This document shows, piece by piece, positions 19,056 to 27,746 of a stretch of 64,000 nucleotides of DNA. The stretch covers positions 195,339 to 259,338 of the IMG/VR virus record IMGVR_UViG_3300046660_000716. One strand, given 5' to 3'. The notes under the pieces were generated by a model. It had not been told where the DNA came from and did no database searches. It saw nothing but the letters and a program-made list of their open reading frames with translations. Numbering within the stretch: position 1 is the stretch's first letter; every line of letters starts with the position of its first letter. The translations under genes were made by a program, and so were the position numbers.

Positions 19056-19409
19056 GTGGAGCTGCACTACCTAGAAGAGCGAGACCGAAGAAAGTTAGGA
19101 AGTCCCGCCGCCAGCCCCAGCCATGAGGCCGCAGTGTTCTTCAACTGCACCACCCAGGCGACGAGCATGTTCGTGCGCCAGTTTGTCAGTCTGATCGATC
19201 CATCCGTGTTGGGAACCATGGGTGACGATCCGATCCTAGACGCCAGTACCAGGAAGCGCCTACACGAGCACGTCGCCGCATGCTGGGGCGACGAGTTCAT
19301 GAGTACCTACGCACGCGAAGCGAACGCGATCCGGGAGATTGTGGACGGATTGATAGACGGCAGCTACGTGTCTCACTGCATCAGGCAGATGAGATCGGCA
19401 CCGGTTTAG
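19056..19409 (+). CDS. Hypothetical protein with atypical codon usage; possibly frameshifted or degenerate
   Basis: 117-aa ORF with CTA/TTA/AGA/CGA codons. The best RBS (AAGGAG)+ATG at 18985 opens a different, 29-codon frame. Confidence 0.35.
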   Translation: MELHYLEERDRRKLGSPAASPSHEAAVFFNCTTQATSMFVRQFVSLIDPSVLGTMGDDPILDASTRKRLHEHVAACWGDEFMSTYAREANAIREIVDGLIDGSYVSHCIRQMRSAPV

Positions 19410-19536
19410 CGAAGCACCATCACAGCCGGAATGGCGCTCGGCTCCAGACACAGCCGAACCGAATCCGGTCGAGAGAACGAATGCAGTACGGGGCGGTCCA
19501 GGCCGCCCCACAAACGCCGCTTTTTTGGAGGCCAAC

Positions 19537-19956
19537 ATGGCAAGCATAGAATTCGACGACGACCCATGCGCGGTGCAGCGCGCCACGGTCCAGCTCGGGG
19601 GCTGGCAGCTCATCGTGGGCTGCATGATGCTCAACAAGACGCACAGGAAGCAGGCCAGGCCGGCCCTGCAGCGCATCTTCGACCTCGCCCCGATACCGGA
19701 GGAGTTCGCGGACGTTCCGATGGAGGACCTGGTGGAGGCGATCAGGCCCTGCGGCCTGTACAACCGGCGCGCGCTGATGCTCAAGCGCATGACGGAGGAC
19801 TGGATGGCCGGCGTGGCCGTCGAGAAGCTCAGGGGCACCGGCCCCTACGCGTGGGACAGCTACGACATTTTCGTCCGCGGCATAGACCTCGAGCCGCGCC
19901 CGGACATGGACGCCGAACTTGTCCGTTACTTGGAGCACAGGAGAACAGAGCGTTAG
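19537..19956 (+). CDS. MBD4-like HhH-GPD DNA glycosylase
   Basis: WQLIVGCMMLNKT...IRPCGLYNRRA...LRGTGPYAWDSYDIF parallels the MBD4 catalytic domain (WKLLIATIFLNRT, LKPLGLY, LHGIGKYGNDSYRIF); catalytic Asp retained; GGAG RBS favours the 19537 start. Confidence 0.85.
   Translation: MASIEFDDDPCAVQRATVQLGGWQLIVGCMMLNKTHRKQARPALQRIFDLAPIPEEFADVPMEDLVEAIRPCGLYNRRALMLKRMTEDWMAGVAVEKLRGTGPYAWDSYDIFVRGIDLEPRPDMDAELVRYLEHRRTER
19944..19955 (+). promoter_or_regulatory. Putative late promoter AACAgagcgtTA
   Basis: Motif overlaps the glycosylase stop codon, 33 nt upstream of the next ATG. Confidence 0.6.
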
Positions 19957-19987
19957 TCCGATTCCACTCAACGAAAAGACCCACACC

Positions 19988-21802
19988 ATGACCATCATCA
20001 GCGATATCGCCGGAGTAATCGGCGACGTACAGAAAGCGCTCGGCTCCATGGCCCAAGCCAAGAATCGCCTCACCGACGGCGGCCAGCAGGCCGCGGACGA
20101 GAAGCGGTTCTTCGAGCGCCCGATGGCGTCCGTCGCCCGCTCGGCCAAGAAGAGCATCCTCTACTTCCCGGTCGTCATCTCCGAGAGCCTGAGCGCCGAG
20201 ACGGCGGCCACCGTGGCCAAGGCCGTCCAGGTGCGCGCCGCGGAGTACGTCCGCCTGTGGGTGTCCAACATGGACCCCATCTCCAGCGTCGGCCCGAATT
20301 CCGGCAAGAACGGCATCGTCGACGCGCTGCGCGGCGCCACCCTGAAGGACGCGTTCCTGAAGGACCCGGAGTCCGTGACCGAGCACACCGCCGCGGTGCA
20401 CGCACTGCTGCGCACCAGGATGTCCGAGCTGGTGGAGCACTGCTTTCCGGAGGACGGTCTGCGCCAGCCTCTGTTCGAGGCAATCCCGGGCGGCCCTAAG
20501 GGCGGCAAGCCGGGTGTAGGCGTCCCAGGTAGCAATATCCCGGGCGTCGCACCGTTCGCCCATCTTGGCAAGCCGGCCGGTCCTGCGTCCCAGTACCAGT
20601 CGGCCACCAGCCGCTCGAACACCGGCAAGACGCCGGCCGAGCAGCTCGACGCCGCCAAGAAAATTTTTTCCAACGGCACCCTCACGGGCCGCGAGGAAGC
20701 GAAGAAGATGGTCGCGCAGATCATGCGCCAGGGCGACAAGGGCATTATCCAGGACATCAAGGACGCCGGCCTGGGCTCGCTCGTCGACCAGCTCGAGACC
20801 GAGATGCACGACAAGCTGAAGCAGGACGCCGAGAACCACCCGTCGCTGGCGGACAAGAAGCGGCTTGACGCGGCCCTGCAGAGCGACATCCTCCGCTCGA
20901 AGGAGATGGTCGACACCGCCATCCGCCTCGCCACCAAGGCGACGCCCCAGTCCCGCGACGCCGCGATCCGCGCCGTCCAGGAGATCATGGCCGCCAACGA
21001 CGAGACCGACCTCGCACGCCTGCGCGCCGACAAGAACACCCGCGACATCGTGGAGATGCTCGAGAAGCTCCCGCCCGGCGTGATCGAGGACGGCTCCTAC
21101 GACATCACCCGCACCGGCAACACGGTGAACGTGGCAAGCAACGTCGACTTCAACAAGGTCAACCAGTTCCTGCCCGTGCTGCTCGACCTGACGGTCCGCT
21201 ACCAGACCGGCTCCGGCGGCATCTCGACCGTGACCGACCACCTGGTCATGGGCGTGAAGGGCGTCGCCCACCCGGTCCCGAGCATGGACCTGGTGACCGG
21301 CCTCGGCACCGCCCTGCAGCGCGACAACCTCGTGCTCCAGTTCTTCCGCATGACCTCCGGCGAGACCTCCTTCGTCAAGGACTTCGTGCTGAACCTGGGC
21401 GTGGCCAAGACCCGCGCGTCCGGCCGCACCGCGACCGGCACCAAGGTGCTGGAGACCCTGCGCCGCCAGGCCGAGTGGAACGACCGCCGCGGCAACTGGG
21501 TGATCGCCTCGATCTCCAAGCGCGGCTTCGTGCCTCCGACCACCACCATCTGCGTCACCGCGGACGAGGTGGACAAGATCCGCACGCTGTACGGCGTGGA
21601 CTTCACCAAGCCGAGCGCCGTGCGCGCCCTGATGCAGAGCCACAACCTGATGGGCTTCATGATCGTGGACGAGGCAATCGGCTTGGTGCGGGTGTTCGAG
21701 GACGGCGACGACGACTTCGACCGCCTGCCGATCGCGACCCTGAAGACCCAGGGCAAAGAGACGTCCGTCAAGGACATCATGACCATCCTGGCAAGGAGCT
21801 AA
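19988..21802 (+). CDS. Virion structural protein (about 604 aa)
   Basis: SVARSAKKSILYFPVVISES and PTTTICVTADEVDKI patterns recalled from conserved jumbo-phage structural genes; late promoter upstream; start trimmed to ATG 19988. Confidence 0.6.
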   Translation: MTIISDIAGVIGDVQKALGSMAQAKNRLTDGGQQAADEKRFFERPMASVARSAKKSILYFPVVISESLSAETAATVAKAVQVRAAEYVRLWVSNMDPISSVGPNSGKNGIVDALRGATLKDAFLKDPESVTEHTAAVHALLRTRMSELVEHCFPEDGLRQPLFEAIPGGPKGGKPGVGVPGSNIPGVAPFAHLGKPAGPASQYQSATSRSNTGKTPAEQLDAAKKIFSNGTLTGREEAKKMVAQIMRQGDKGIIQDIKDAGLGSLVDQLETEMHDKLKQDAENHPSLADKKRLDAALQSDILRSKEMVDTAIRLATKATPQSRDAAIRAVQEIMAANDETDLARLRADKNTRDIVEMLEKLPPGVIEDGSYDITRTGNTVNVASNVDFNKVNQFLPVLLDLTVRYQTGSGGISTVTDHLVMGVKGVAHPVPSMDLVTGLGTALQRDNLVLQFFRMTSGETSFVKDFVLNLGVAKTRASGRTATGTKVLETLRRQAEWNDRRGNWVIASISKRGFVPPTTTICVTADEVDKIRTLYGVDFTKPSAVRALMQSHNLMGFMIVDEAIGLVRVFEDGDDDFDRLPIATLKTQGKETSVKDIMTILARS

Positions 21803-21804
21803 GC

Positions 21805-22101
21805 GTGGAACTCATCGACGAAGAATCGCAGTGCATCGAGATGGGCCTCGAGCCCCTCGAAGAGGCCGGCGGCCTGGTGTCGTGGCTGAAGCGCCTCGTG
21901 CGCGGACGCGACGACGCCCTGCCGGCCGAGCTGACGGCCGAGGTCGGCAAGATCAAGACCAAGGCCGAGAAGGACAAAGCGCTGGAGGAGGTCGACGGGT
22001 ACATCTCGAAGACCGCCGACAGCAAGGACAGCGCCGTACGCATGTACGCCGTGAAACTCAAGGGGGTGCGCGCCAAGATCGCCGCGCTCTCCGTCAAGTA
22101 A
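21805..22101 (+). CDS. Putative internal head protein, LEEAGG-SW paralog 1 (98 aa)
   Basis: AAGGAG RBS + GTG; MELIDEESQCIEMGLEPLEEAGGLVSWL; aligns with three other ORFs in the window. Confidence 0.8.
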   Translation: MELIDEESQCIEMGLEPLEEAGGLVSWLKRLVRGRDDALPAELTAEVGKIKTKAEKDKALEEVDGYISKTADSKDSAVRMYAVKLKGVRAKIAALSVK

Positions 22102-22110
22102 GGAGCTAGC

Positions 22111-22647
22111 ATGGACCACGCAGCAATCAACGAAGCCGCGGAATGCATCGGCCTGGGCATCGATCCGGACAACGAAATGCTGGACGAGATCGACGCACTG
22201 GACGAGGCCGGCGGAATCGTATCCTGGCTGGCGCGCGCCTACACGGGCAAGGACAAGGACCTGCCCGCCGAGATCGAGAAGGAGCTGGAGAGCATCAAGA
22301 CGAAGGAAGCCAAGGAGAAGATGCTGGCGGACATCGACGACTTCATCAAGGAGGCCGAGGCGTCCGCCGCCACGAACGCGATGGACAAGCGGGCTCCCAA
22401 CGACCTCGGCAAGGGCTTCGCCATGCCCGGCAGCGAGAAGTACAAGGCTCGTATGGCCTGGATGCGCAAGAACGCGCACACCAACGCGCTGGGCGTCGGG
22501 CACGGCCAGTACGGCCACCACCTCGCGGCGGGCGCGGTCGGCAACATCGTCAAGCGCATCAATGCCCTCGACGGAACGATCGACAAGTACATCGCCGAGC
22601 TGAAGAAGGTCCGCGCCAAGGTGGCGGCCCACAAGGTGGAGGGCTAA
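22111..22647 (+). CDS. Putative internal head protein, LEEAGG-SW paralog 2
   Basis: AAGGAG RBS; acidic leader ending ALDEAGGIVSWL; shared IKTK..K...L..ID.FI and YI..L..VRAKV motifs. Confidence 0.85.
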   Translation: MDHAAINEAAECIGLGIDPDNEMLDEIDALDEAGGIVSWLARAYTGKDKDLPAEIEKELESIKTKEAKEKMLADIDDFIKEAEASAATNAMDKRAPNDLGKGFAMPGSEKYKARMAWMRKNAHTNALGVGHGQYGHHLAAGAVGNIVKRINALDGTIDKYIAELKKVRAKVAAHKVEG

Positions 22648-22650
22648 CCC

Positions 22651-23535
22651 GTGAACATGACCGGCATCCCAGTAATCGGCGCTCTCATCGAGCGCCTCCG
22701 TCGCCGCTCTGACCACGAGAGCGTCAAAGCCGCAATGGCTTCGCGCGGCGACGTCACCCGCGTCGAGGGCTACGCCAAGATGTCCGAGTGCCTGGACCGC
22801 CTCAGCATGCTCGACGCCGGCTCCGGCTCGCTCGGCAAGCCGCTGACCGTCGCCAAGCGCGTGCGCGCCGTGCTGATCAAGCAGAAGCCGGCGTTCACCC
22901 AGGCGTTCAACCCGTCCGGCAGCGAGGCGACCCGCCTCATCTACGCCAACGCGGTGGCCGGCCTGTGGCACGTCACCTCGCTGCTGTGCGCCGAGGGCGT
23001 GACCTTCATGAAGGGCGGCGACGGCACCTACGGCCCGATCGTGAACCGCGGCGCGGTGGACGGCATGGCCGGCTCCGTGGTGGTCACCCGCCTGGAGAAG
23101 TTCGCAGACGCGGCCGAGAAGTACGGCTTCGACCAGGTCGTCACGGAGACGGCCCAGATGGTCGAGAACGAGACCATGCACGAGGCGATCCCGTTCATCG
23201 TCGGCGCGGGCCTGGCCGTGACCGGCCTCGCCGCGATGCTGCTGGTCGCGCGCGACCTGGCCGAGAAGTTCTACTCGCTCCGCGGCACGTTCTCGCGCTG
23301 GCTCGAGGTCCAGGCCCGCTTCCTGGACATGAACGCAGCGACGCTCAACCGCGACGCGTCCCGCAACAAGCAGAGCGAGTACGCCGAGAAGCTGCGCGCC
23401 CTGGCGGACCGCATCAAGGTGGACGATGCGGACACCGAGAAGGACGCGAATGCGGCCATTCGCCAGGACGACAAGGAACTCGCGGCGGCCCAGACCGGCG
23501 CCGCGCCGAGCTCCGCCGGATCCCGGCTGCTCTAA
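22651..23535 (+). CDS. Virion structural protein with a hydrophobic segment
   Basis: 294 aa; internal TMHE|AIPFIVGAGLAVTGLAAMLLV; same operon as the head-protein paralogs. Confidence 0.65.
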   Translation: MNMTGIPVIGALIERLRRRSDHESVKAAMASRGDVTRVEGYAKMSECLDRLSMLDAGSGSLGKPLTVAKRVRAVLIKQKPAFTQAFNPSGSEATRLIYANAVAGLWHVTSLLCAEGVTFMKGGDGTYGPIVNRGAVDGMAGSVVVTRLEKFADAAEKYGFDQVVTETAQMVENETMHEAIPFIVGAGLAVTGLAAMLLVARDLAEKFYSLRGTFSRWLEVQARFLDMNAATLNRDASRNKQSEYAEKLRALADRIKVDDADTEKDANAAIRQDDKELAAAQTGAAPSSAGSRLL

Positions 23536-23561
23536 ACATGCGCGGACCATGATTCCCTACT

Positions 23562-23573
23562 AACAGGGGGATA
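23562..23573 (+). promoter_or_regulatory. Putative late promoter AACAgggggaTA
   Basis: Intergenic motif match, 115 nt upstream of the 327-aa gene. Confidence 0.7.
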
Positions 23574-23688
23574 GCGGGTCTGCGCATTCAACGGAGTCGG
23601 GCGCAGGTCGGCCCCGCGTCCGTCATCCGTCGCTAGCACACACAACTCCCATTTTTTTCACCTCCCAAGTTCGAACTAAGGAGCATCC

Positions 23689-24672
23689 ATGATTCTCGAA
23701 AATTACAACCCGGCCGCCATCGCCAGCGAAGAGCTGGTCGAGTCCGCAGACTTCGCGGGCGACACCGGCGAGTTCGCAGAGCTGACCGTCGCCGGTCTGA
23801 GCGAAATGCACAACCTGACCATCGCTCTGGCTCGCTTCGAGCACAAAGCGCTGACCGAAGGCACCGACGAATCGAAAACCTTGATCGAAGCCGCCGTCGG
23901 CGAGTTCTTCGCCAAGGCAGCCGAGACCGTCAAGAAGTGGTGGGCATCGTTCATCGCTTGGCTGGGCTCCATGTGGACCCGCATGAAGGACGCCTTCGTC
24001 AAGCGCGAAGAGTGGCTGGGCCGCAACAAGTCGGCAATCAGCGGCGCGACCGCCGAGCAGCTGAAGGACATCAAAGCCTCGATCGGCTCGGAAGTCCTGA
24101 ACACCAACTTCGCCGATGTCGCCTCGAAGGCCATCAACGAAGCCAAGGCAGTCATCGCTGCAGCCGGCAAGACCACCGCCGCCGAAGGCAAGTCCTTCAA
24201 AGAGCGCGCCCAGGAAGCCATCACCAAGCACCTGGCCAAGCGCGATGCGAAGAACTCGATCGGCAAGAACGTCCACGACAGCCTGATCGGCGAGTCGAAG
24301 GAAGTCGAAGTCAACTCCGGCCTGGTCGGTAAGCTGATCTCGACCGCAGAAGCCACCTTCAAGGCAGTCGGCCAAATCGGCGGCGCCAAGATGGTTGCCG
24401 ACGCAGCCGTGAAAGAAGCCGAAGGTCTGGCCCACGTCACCGGCGGCGACAAAGCTGACATCAACGCACGCATCAGCGCGCTGCGCGACGTCGGCCACCT
24501 GGTCCAGGCGACCATCTCGGCCCACGCTTCGGCCATCAGCACCGCCAACGGCCAGGTCATGCCTGTGCTGGTGCGCATCGCTGGCGCCGCTGGCAAGAAG
24601 GAAAAGGAGCCTAAAGCCGCTCCTGCAGCAGCGACCAACGAAAGCGGCTCGCTGCTGGACGCTTACCTGTAA
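23689..24672 (+). CDS. Abundant internal head protein-like (acidic propeptide + amphipathic helix)
   Basis: Strong AAGGAG RBS; acidic leader with LVE, LTE and LIE sites followed by FFAKAAETVKKWWASFIAWLGSMWTRMK, like phiKZ-type internal head proteins; GAA/AAA/GCT-rich codons suggest high expression. Confidence 0.7.
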   Translation: MILENYNPAAIASEELVESADFAGDTGEFAELTVAGLSEMHNLTIALARFEHKALTEGTDESKTLIEAAVGEFFAKAAETVKKWWASFIAWLGSMWTRMKDAFVKREEWLGRNKSAISGATAEQLKDIKASIGSEVLNTNFADVASKAINEAKAVIAAAGKTTAAEGKSFKERAQEAITKHLAKRDAKNSIGKNVHDSLIGESKEVEVNSGLVGKLISTAEATFKAVGQIGGAKMVADAAVKEAEGLAHVTGGDKADINARISALRDVGHLVQATISAHASAISTANGQVMPVLVRIAGAAGKKEKEPKAAPAAATNESGSLLDAYL

Positions 24673-24700
24673 TACGCCCCCGGGCGTGAGCAGGCTGATT

Positions 24701-24726
24701 GCCCCTACCCCTCGCGGGGTAGGGGC
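24701..24726. terminator. Hairpin GCCCCTACCCC-TCGC-GGGGTAGGGGC
   Basis: Perfect 11-bp stem plus TTT between convergent genes. Confidence 0.75.
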
Positions 24727-24730
24727 TTTC

Positions 24731-26044
24731 TCACTGCGCCCGCGCCGCGGAGGGCACGAGGATGCAGTTCACGTCGACGGCGCATGTCTCCTGCGCGCCC
24801 GGGGCCTTGGTCAGCACGGCCTCGAAGGCGGTGATCCTCCAGCGCCCCTCCATCTCGGCGCTGGTGGGCTTGTCCGTCACCAGGGTCCACTGCAGGACGG
24901 GCGTGAACGCGTCCAGGTCGCACGAGCTGAAGAACACAGAGGCCGGCGAGTACTGCTCCCGGGCCTCGATCCGCATCCGCTCCACGGTCAGCGGGTTGTC
25001 GTACGTCTGCCAGGCCACGCGCTCCTTCTTGACGTCGCTGACGCCGGACTGGTCGTCCTGCACCAGGCTCTTGCAGTTGCTGCCCGATCGCTCGTCGGCC
25101 GTGGACCGCACCAGCTTCACCCGCTCGCCCTCCACCTCGCGGCGGGCGGGGCCGTCCACTGCAGCGGCGATCCGGCGGGACGTGCGGAGACGGAACGTGC
25201 GGGTGTCTGGGTCGTAGGCGGACCCGCTGCCGCTCGACGCCGGGCCGGCCTCCTCCGGCCCGAGGTACTCGATCGTCACAGCCGTCGCTTCGTCCTTGTC
25301 GACAACCGTGGACTTGGTTGAGCTGAGGATGTAGCCCTCGTTCACGTCCAGGAAGATCGACAGGCGCCCCGCGTACAGGCCGTAGACGCGGTCCACGTGC
25401 CGCACGGCCGCCACGTAGCTCAGCGGCGGCACGAACACCGTCTCGTAGACCTTCGGGTTGTCCGACGGGGCCATGAAGAAGCGGTACGGGATGTCGGTCG
25501 GCGCGTTGTCGGCGGTCAGGGACGCCACGATGCTGGTCATCGCCGCGTCGTGGTAGGCGCCGTTGTTGACCTTCTTGTTGATCTCCAGAGCGTTCACCGG
25601 GGCGAGCTCCATCTTGAACAGCACGCTCGGCGTGTTCATCGCCGAGTCGGAGGCCTGGCCGTCCGGCACGTGCGGAGGGGCGCCGTCGCAGACCATGATC
25701 TGGAACGGGGCGTCGCGCAGGTACGTCTCGCCGGTGTCGGTCTCCACCGTGCCGGACGTGTCGTCGGCGGAGGCCCCCGACGCCGTGAAGCGACCCAGCG
25801 TGATGTACACCTTGGCCGAGCGCCACGCCGCCTGGATCTTCAGGGCGTTCACCACCGAGACGGCGACCGTCAGCCGGTAGTACGGCATGACGTGCTCGTC
25901 GTACTTCTTCACGATCCTGAGCTCCGTCATGAAGTCCGACAGGTCGATGGTGTCTTCCTCCTCGCCGTCCTTCGGGATCAGCTTGACCACGGCGCCGTAG
26001 CGCGTATGCTCGAAGTCGCTGATGTCGGATGAAATGGTGGTCAT
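24731..26044 (-). CDS. Possible baseplate hub/tail protein
   Basis: 437 aa, beta-rich; layout (IDLSDFMTELRIVKKYD, YGLYAGRLSIFLD, GRWRITAFEAVL) is reminiscent of gp27/gpD-like hubs. Confidence 0.45.
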   Translation of the reverse strand: MTTISSDISDFEHTRYGAVVKLIPKDGEEEDTIDLSDFMTELRIVKKYDEHVMPYYRLTVAVSVVNALKIQAAWRSAKVYITLGRFTASGASADDTSGTVETDTGETYLRDAPFQIMVCDGAPPHVPDGQASDSAMNTPSVLFKMELAPVNALEINKKVNNGAYHDAAMTSIVASLTADNAPTDIPYRFFMAPSDNPKVYETVFVPPLSYVAAVRHVDRVYGLYAGRLSIFLDVNEGYILSSTKSTVVDKDEATAVTIEYLGPEEAGPASSGSGSAYDPDTRTFRLRTSRRIAAAVDGPARREVEGERVKLVRSTADERSGSNCKSLVQDDQSGVSDVKKERVAWQTYDNPLTVERMRIEAREQYSPASVFFSSCDLDAFTPVLQWTLVTDKPTSAEMEGRWRITAFEAVLTKAPGAQETCAVDVNCILVPSAARAQ

Positions 26045-26077
26045 GTTGGTCCGATCGGAAAAAAATTTGGGAGGGAG

Positions 26078-26098
26078 GGGAGGGCGCGATGCCCTCCC
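26078..26098 (-). terminator. Rho-independent terminator-like hairpin
   Basis: GGGAGGGC-GCGAT-GCCCTCCC stem with a T-run further downstream on the minus strand, after the exonuclease gene. Confidence 0.55.
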
Positions 26099-26104
26099 GT
26101 TCCG

Positions 26105-27256
26105 CTAGTAGCCTTCCCCGGCGTAGAGCAGCTCCAGGGAGAGCCGGCCCTCGAAGAAGGTTGCGTTGGTCTTCTCGATCTCAGCCAGCCCGCTGCGGTT
26201 GATCAGCTGGGTGTCGATCTCGGACATCGCGCTGGATGGGATGGTCGAGGCGTAGTCCTGGTGAACCAGGAGCTTCCAGGCCAGCGCGGCGGCCTCGTTC
26301 TTGCCCTCGTCCAGCCCGCCCTCCTCGGACAGTGCGGCGAGATTGGGCGACCCGCCTGGCATCCGGCCGAGCCCGACCTGCTTGGCGATGTGCTTGGCCG
26401 CCTTGGACATCCCGAACTTCGGGATGCCGGGAACGCCGAGGTCGTCCTCCCCGGCCATCGCCAGGGTGTAGAGGTAGTGGCCGGGCTCCAGCTGCGCGGC
26501 GACCTCCTCGCCGGTCTTGGTCTCGCGGAGTGCCTCGCTCATGATGGTGTCCCGCGTTATCAGCCGCGAGTGGTCGCCGGACGCGCGCAGGACGGCCCAC
26601 TGGTAGCCCTCGTTGCCGCTGTTGCCCGGTCCCAGGGCGTACTGCAGGTCGGCCGCCCACGAGCTCAGGACGATCGCGCTGCCGTTCAGCCGCCCCTCGG
26701 AGGCCAGCGCCCAGGGCCACGGCTCGGGGTCCACGGCCCCGGTGTCGACGAGGTGGAGGTGCGGGATGAACTGGGCGACCTTCTTGGCCGTCTCCAGGTT
26801 GAAGTTCACGTAGTTGCGTATTACGTCGAATTCGGGGCCGGCGCCGCCGATGCGCTTGGCGTACATGTTGGACTTGAAGTCCGGGTTGAGCGCGAGCTTC
26901 TCCTCGCACTTCTCGGACGAGTAGTACATGATCACGGTCGTGCGGCGGCCGTAGTGCTTGAACGCGAAGTTCCGGTAGTGCCCGCCCACGTTGAGGAGCT
27001 CGGCCGCCAGCTGGCGGGGGTGGCGGTTGAACTCGCCGCGCGTCAGCTTGGCCACCGCGTGCTCGCTGAAGAGCTGGCGGAGGATGGTGTTCAGGTTGAC
27101 GAAGAAGTACAGCTCGTTTTCGGGATTCTGCGCGCTGATGAACTCACCGAGGACGTCGTGGAGGATCTCGTACCTCGGGCGGCGGAGTCCGATGAGCGGC
27201 CCGAGAGCAGAATCGCTCTCGGGCACACCGTAATTGCGGCTCGATGACATTTTCAT
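26105..27256 (-). CDS. 5'-3' exonuclease / flap endonuclease-like protein (PIN + H3TH)
   Basis: N-terminal YFFVNLNT; C-terminal LAMAGEDDLGVPGIPKFGMSKAAK resembles H3TH (LxGDxSDNIPGVPGIGxKTA); several acidic catalytic positions look substituted. Confidence 0.65.
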   Translation of the reverse strand: MKMSSSRNYGVPESDSALGPLIGLRRPRYEILHDVLGEFISAQNPENELYFFVNLNTILRQLFSEHAVAKLTRGEFNRHPRQLAAELLNVGGHYRNFAFKHYGRRTTVIMYYSSEKCEEKLALNPDFKSNMYAKRIGGAGPEFDVIRNYVNFNLETAKKVAQFIPHLHLVDTGAVDPEPWPWALASEGRLNGSAIVLSSWAADLQYALGPGNSGNEGYQWAVLRASGDHSRLITRDTIMSEALRETKTGEEVAAQLEPGHYLYTLAMAGEDDLGVPGIPKFGMSKAAKHIAKQVGLGRMPGGSPNLAALSEEGGLDEGKNEAAALAWKLLVHQDYASTIPSSAMSEIDTQLINRSGLAEIEKTNATFFEGRLSLELLYAGEGY

Positions 27257-27276
27257 TCCCTGTATCTCGTTGATGA

Positions 27277-27288
27277 CAGGGGAATGTT
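27277..27288 (-). promoter_or_regulatory. Putative late promoter AACAttccccTG
   Basis: Intergenic motif match 20 nt upstream of the exonuclease ATG. Confidence 0.7.
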
Positions 27289-27317
27289 AATGGTGCACGA
27301 TTAGCGTTTCACTTCGC

Positions 27318-27704
27318 TTACTTGTCTTCGATCTTGATCGCATTGACGCGCGCTTCGAGTTTGTCCATCGCTTTGATGTACTCTTCGGTCGTGCCGTTGT
27401 TCTTCTTGATCAGGCGCCCGACGATCCCCAGCACGACCCACATCGGTCCGATCAAGAAGGCGGCCAGCTGACCCCCCGTCAGGGTCTTCGCTTGCTTCCT
27501 GAACTTGGCGATGTCGGCCAAAATACGATCCTTGTCCTTCTCGGTGCGGATCTTCTTGATCTCTGCCTCGATGTCGTCCGGCAGGCTGGTGTCCGAGCCG
27601 CTCAACCAGCGCGTCAGCCAGGATACCAGGCCGCCGGCCTCTTCCAGGTTTTCCATGTCGATCGCGTCGGCGCCCTCGGTGAAGACGATGTTAGTATCCA
27701 GCAT
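27318..27704 (-). CDS. Putative internal head protein, LEEAGG-SW paralog 3
   Basis: NLEEAGGLVSWL, IRTEKDKDRILADIAKF, EEYIKAMDKLEARV; central hydrophobic hairpin. Confidence 0.85.
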   Translation of the reverse strand: MLDTNIVFTEGADAIDMENLEEAGGLVSWLTRWLSGSDTSLPDDIEAEIKKIRTEKDKDRILADIAKFRKQAKTLTGGQLAAFLIGPMWVVLGIVGRLIKKNNGTTEEYIKAMDKLEARVNAIKIEDK

Positions 27705-27726
27705 TGCGTGCTCCTGATTGTCGTGT

Positions 27727-27738
27727 TACGTGGTTGTT
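27727..27738 (-). promoter_or_regulatory. Putative late promoter AACAaccacgTA
   Basis: Intergenic motif match upstream of paralog 3. Confidence 0.65.
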
Positions 27739-27746
27739 GGAATGGG

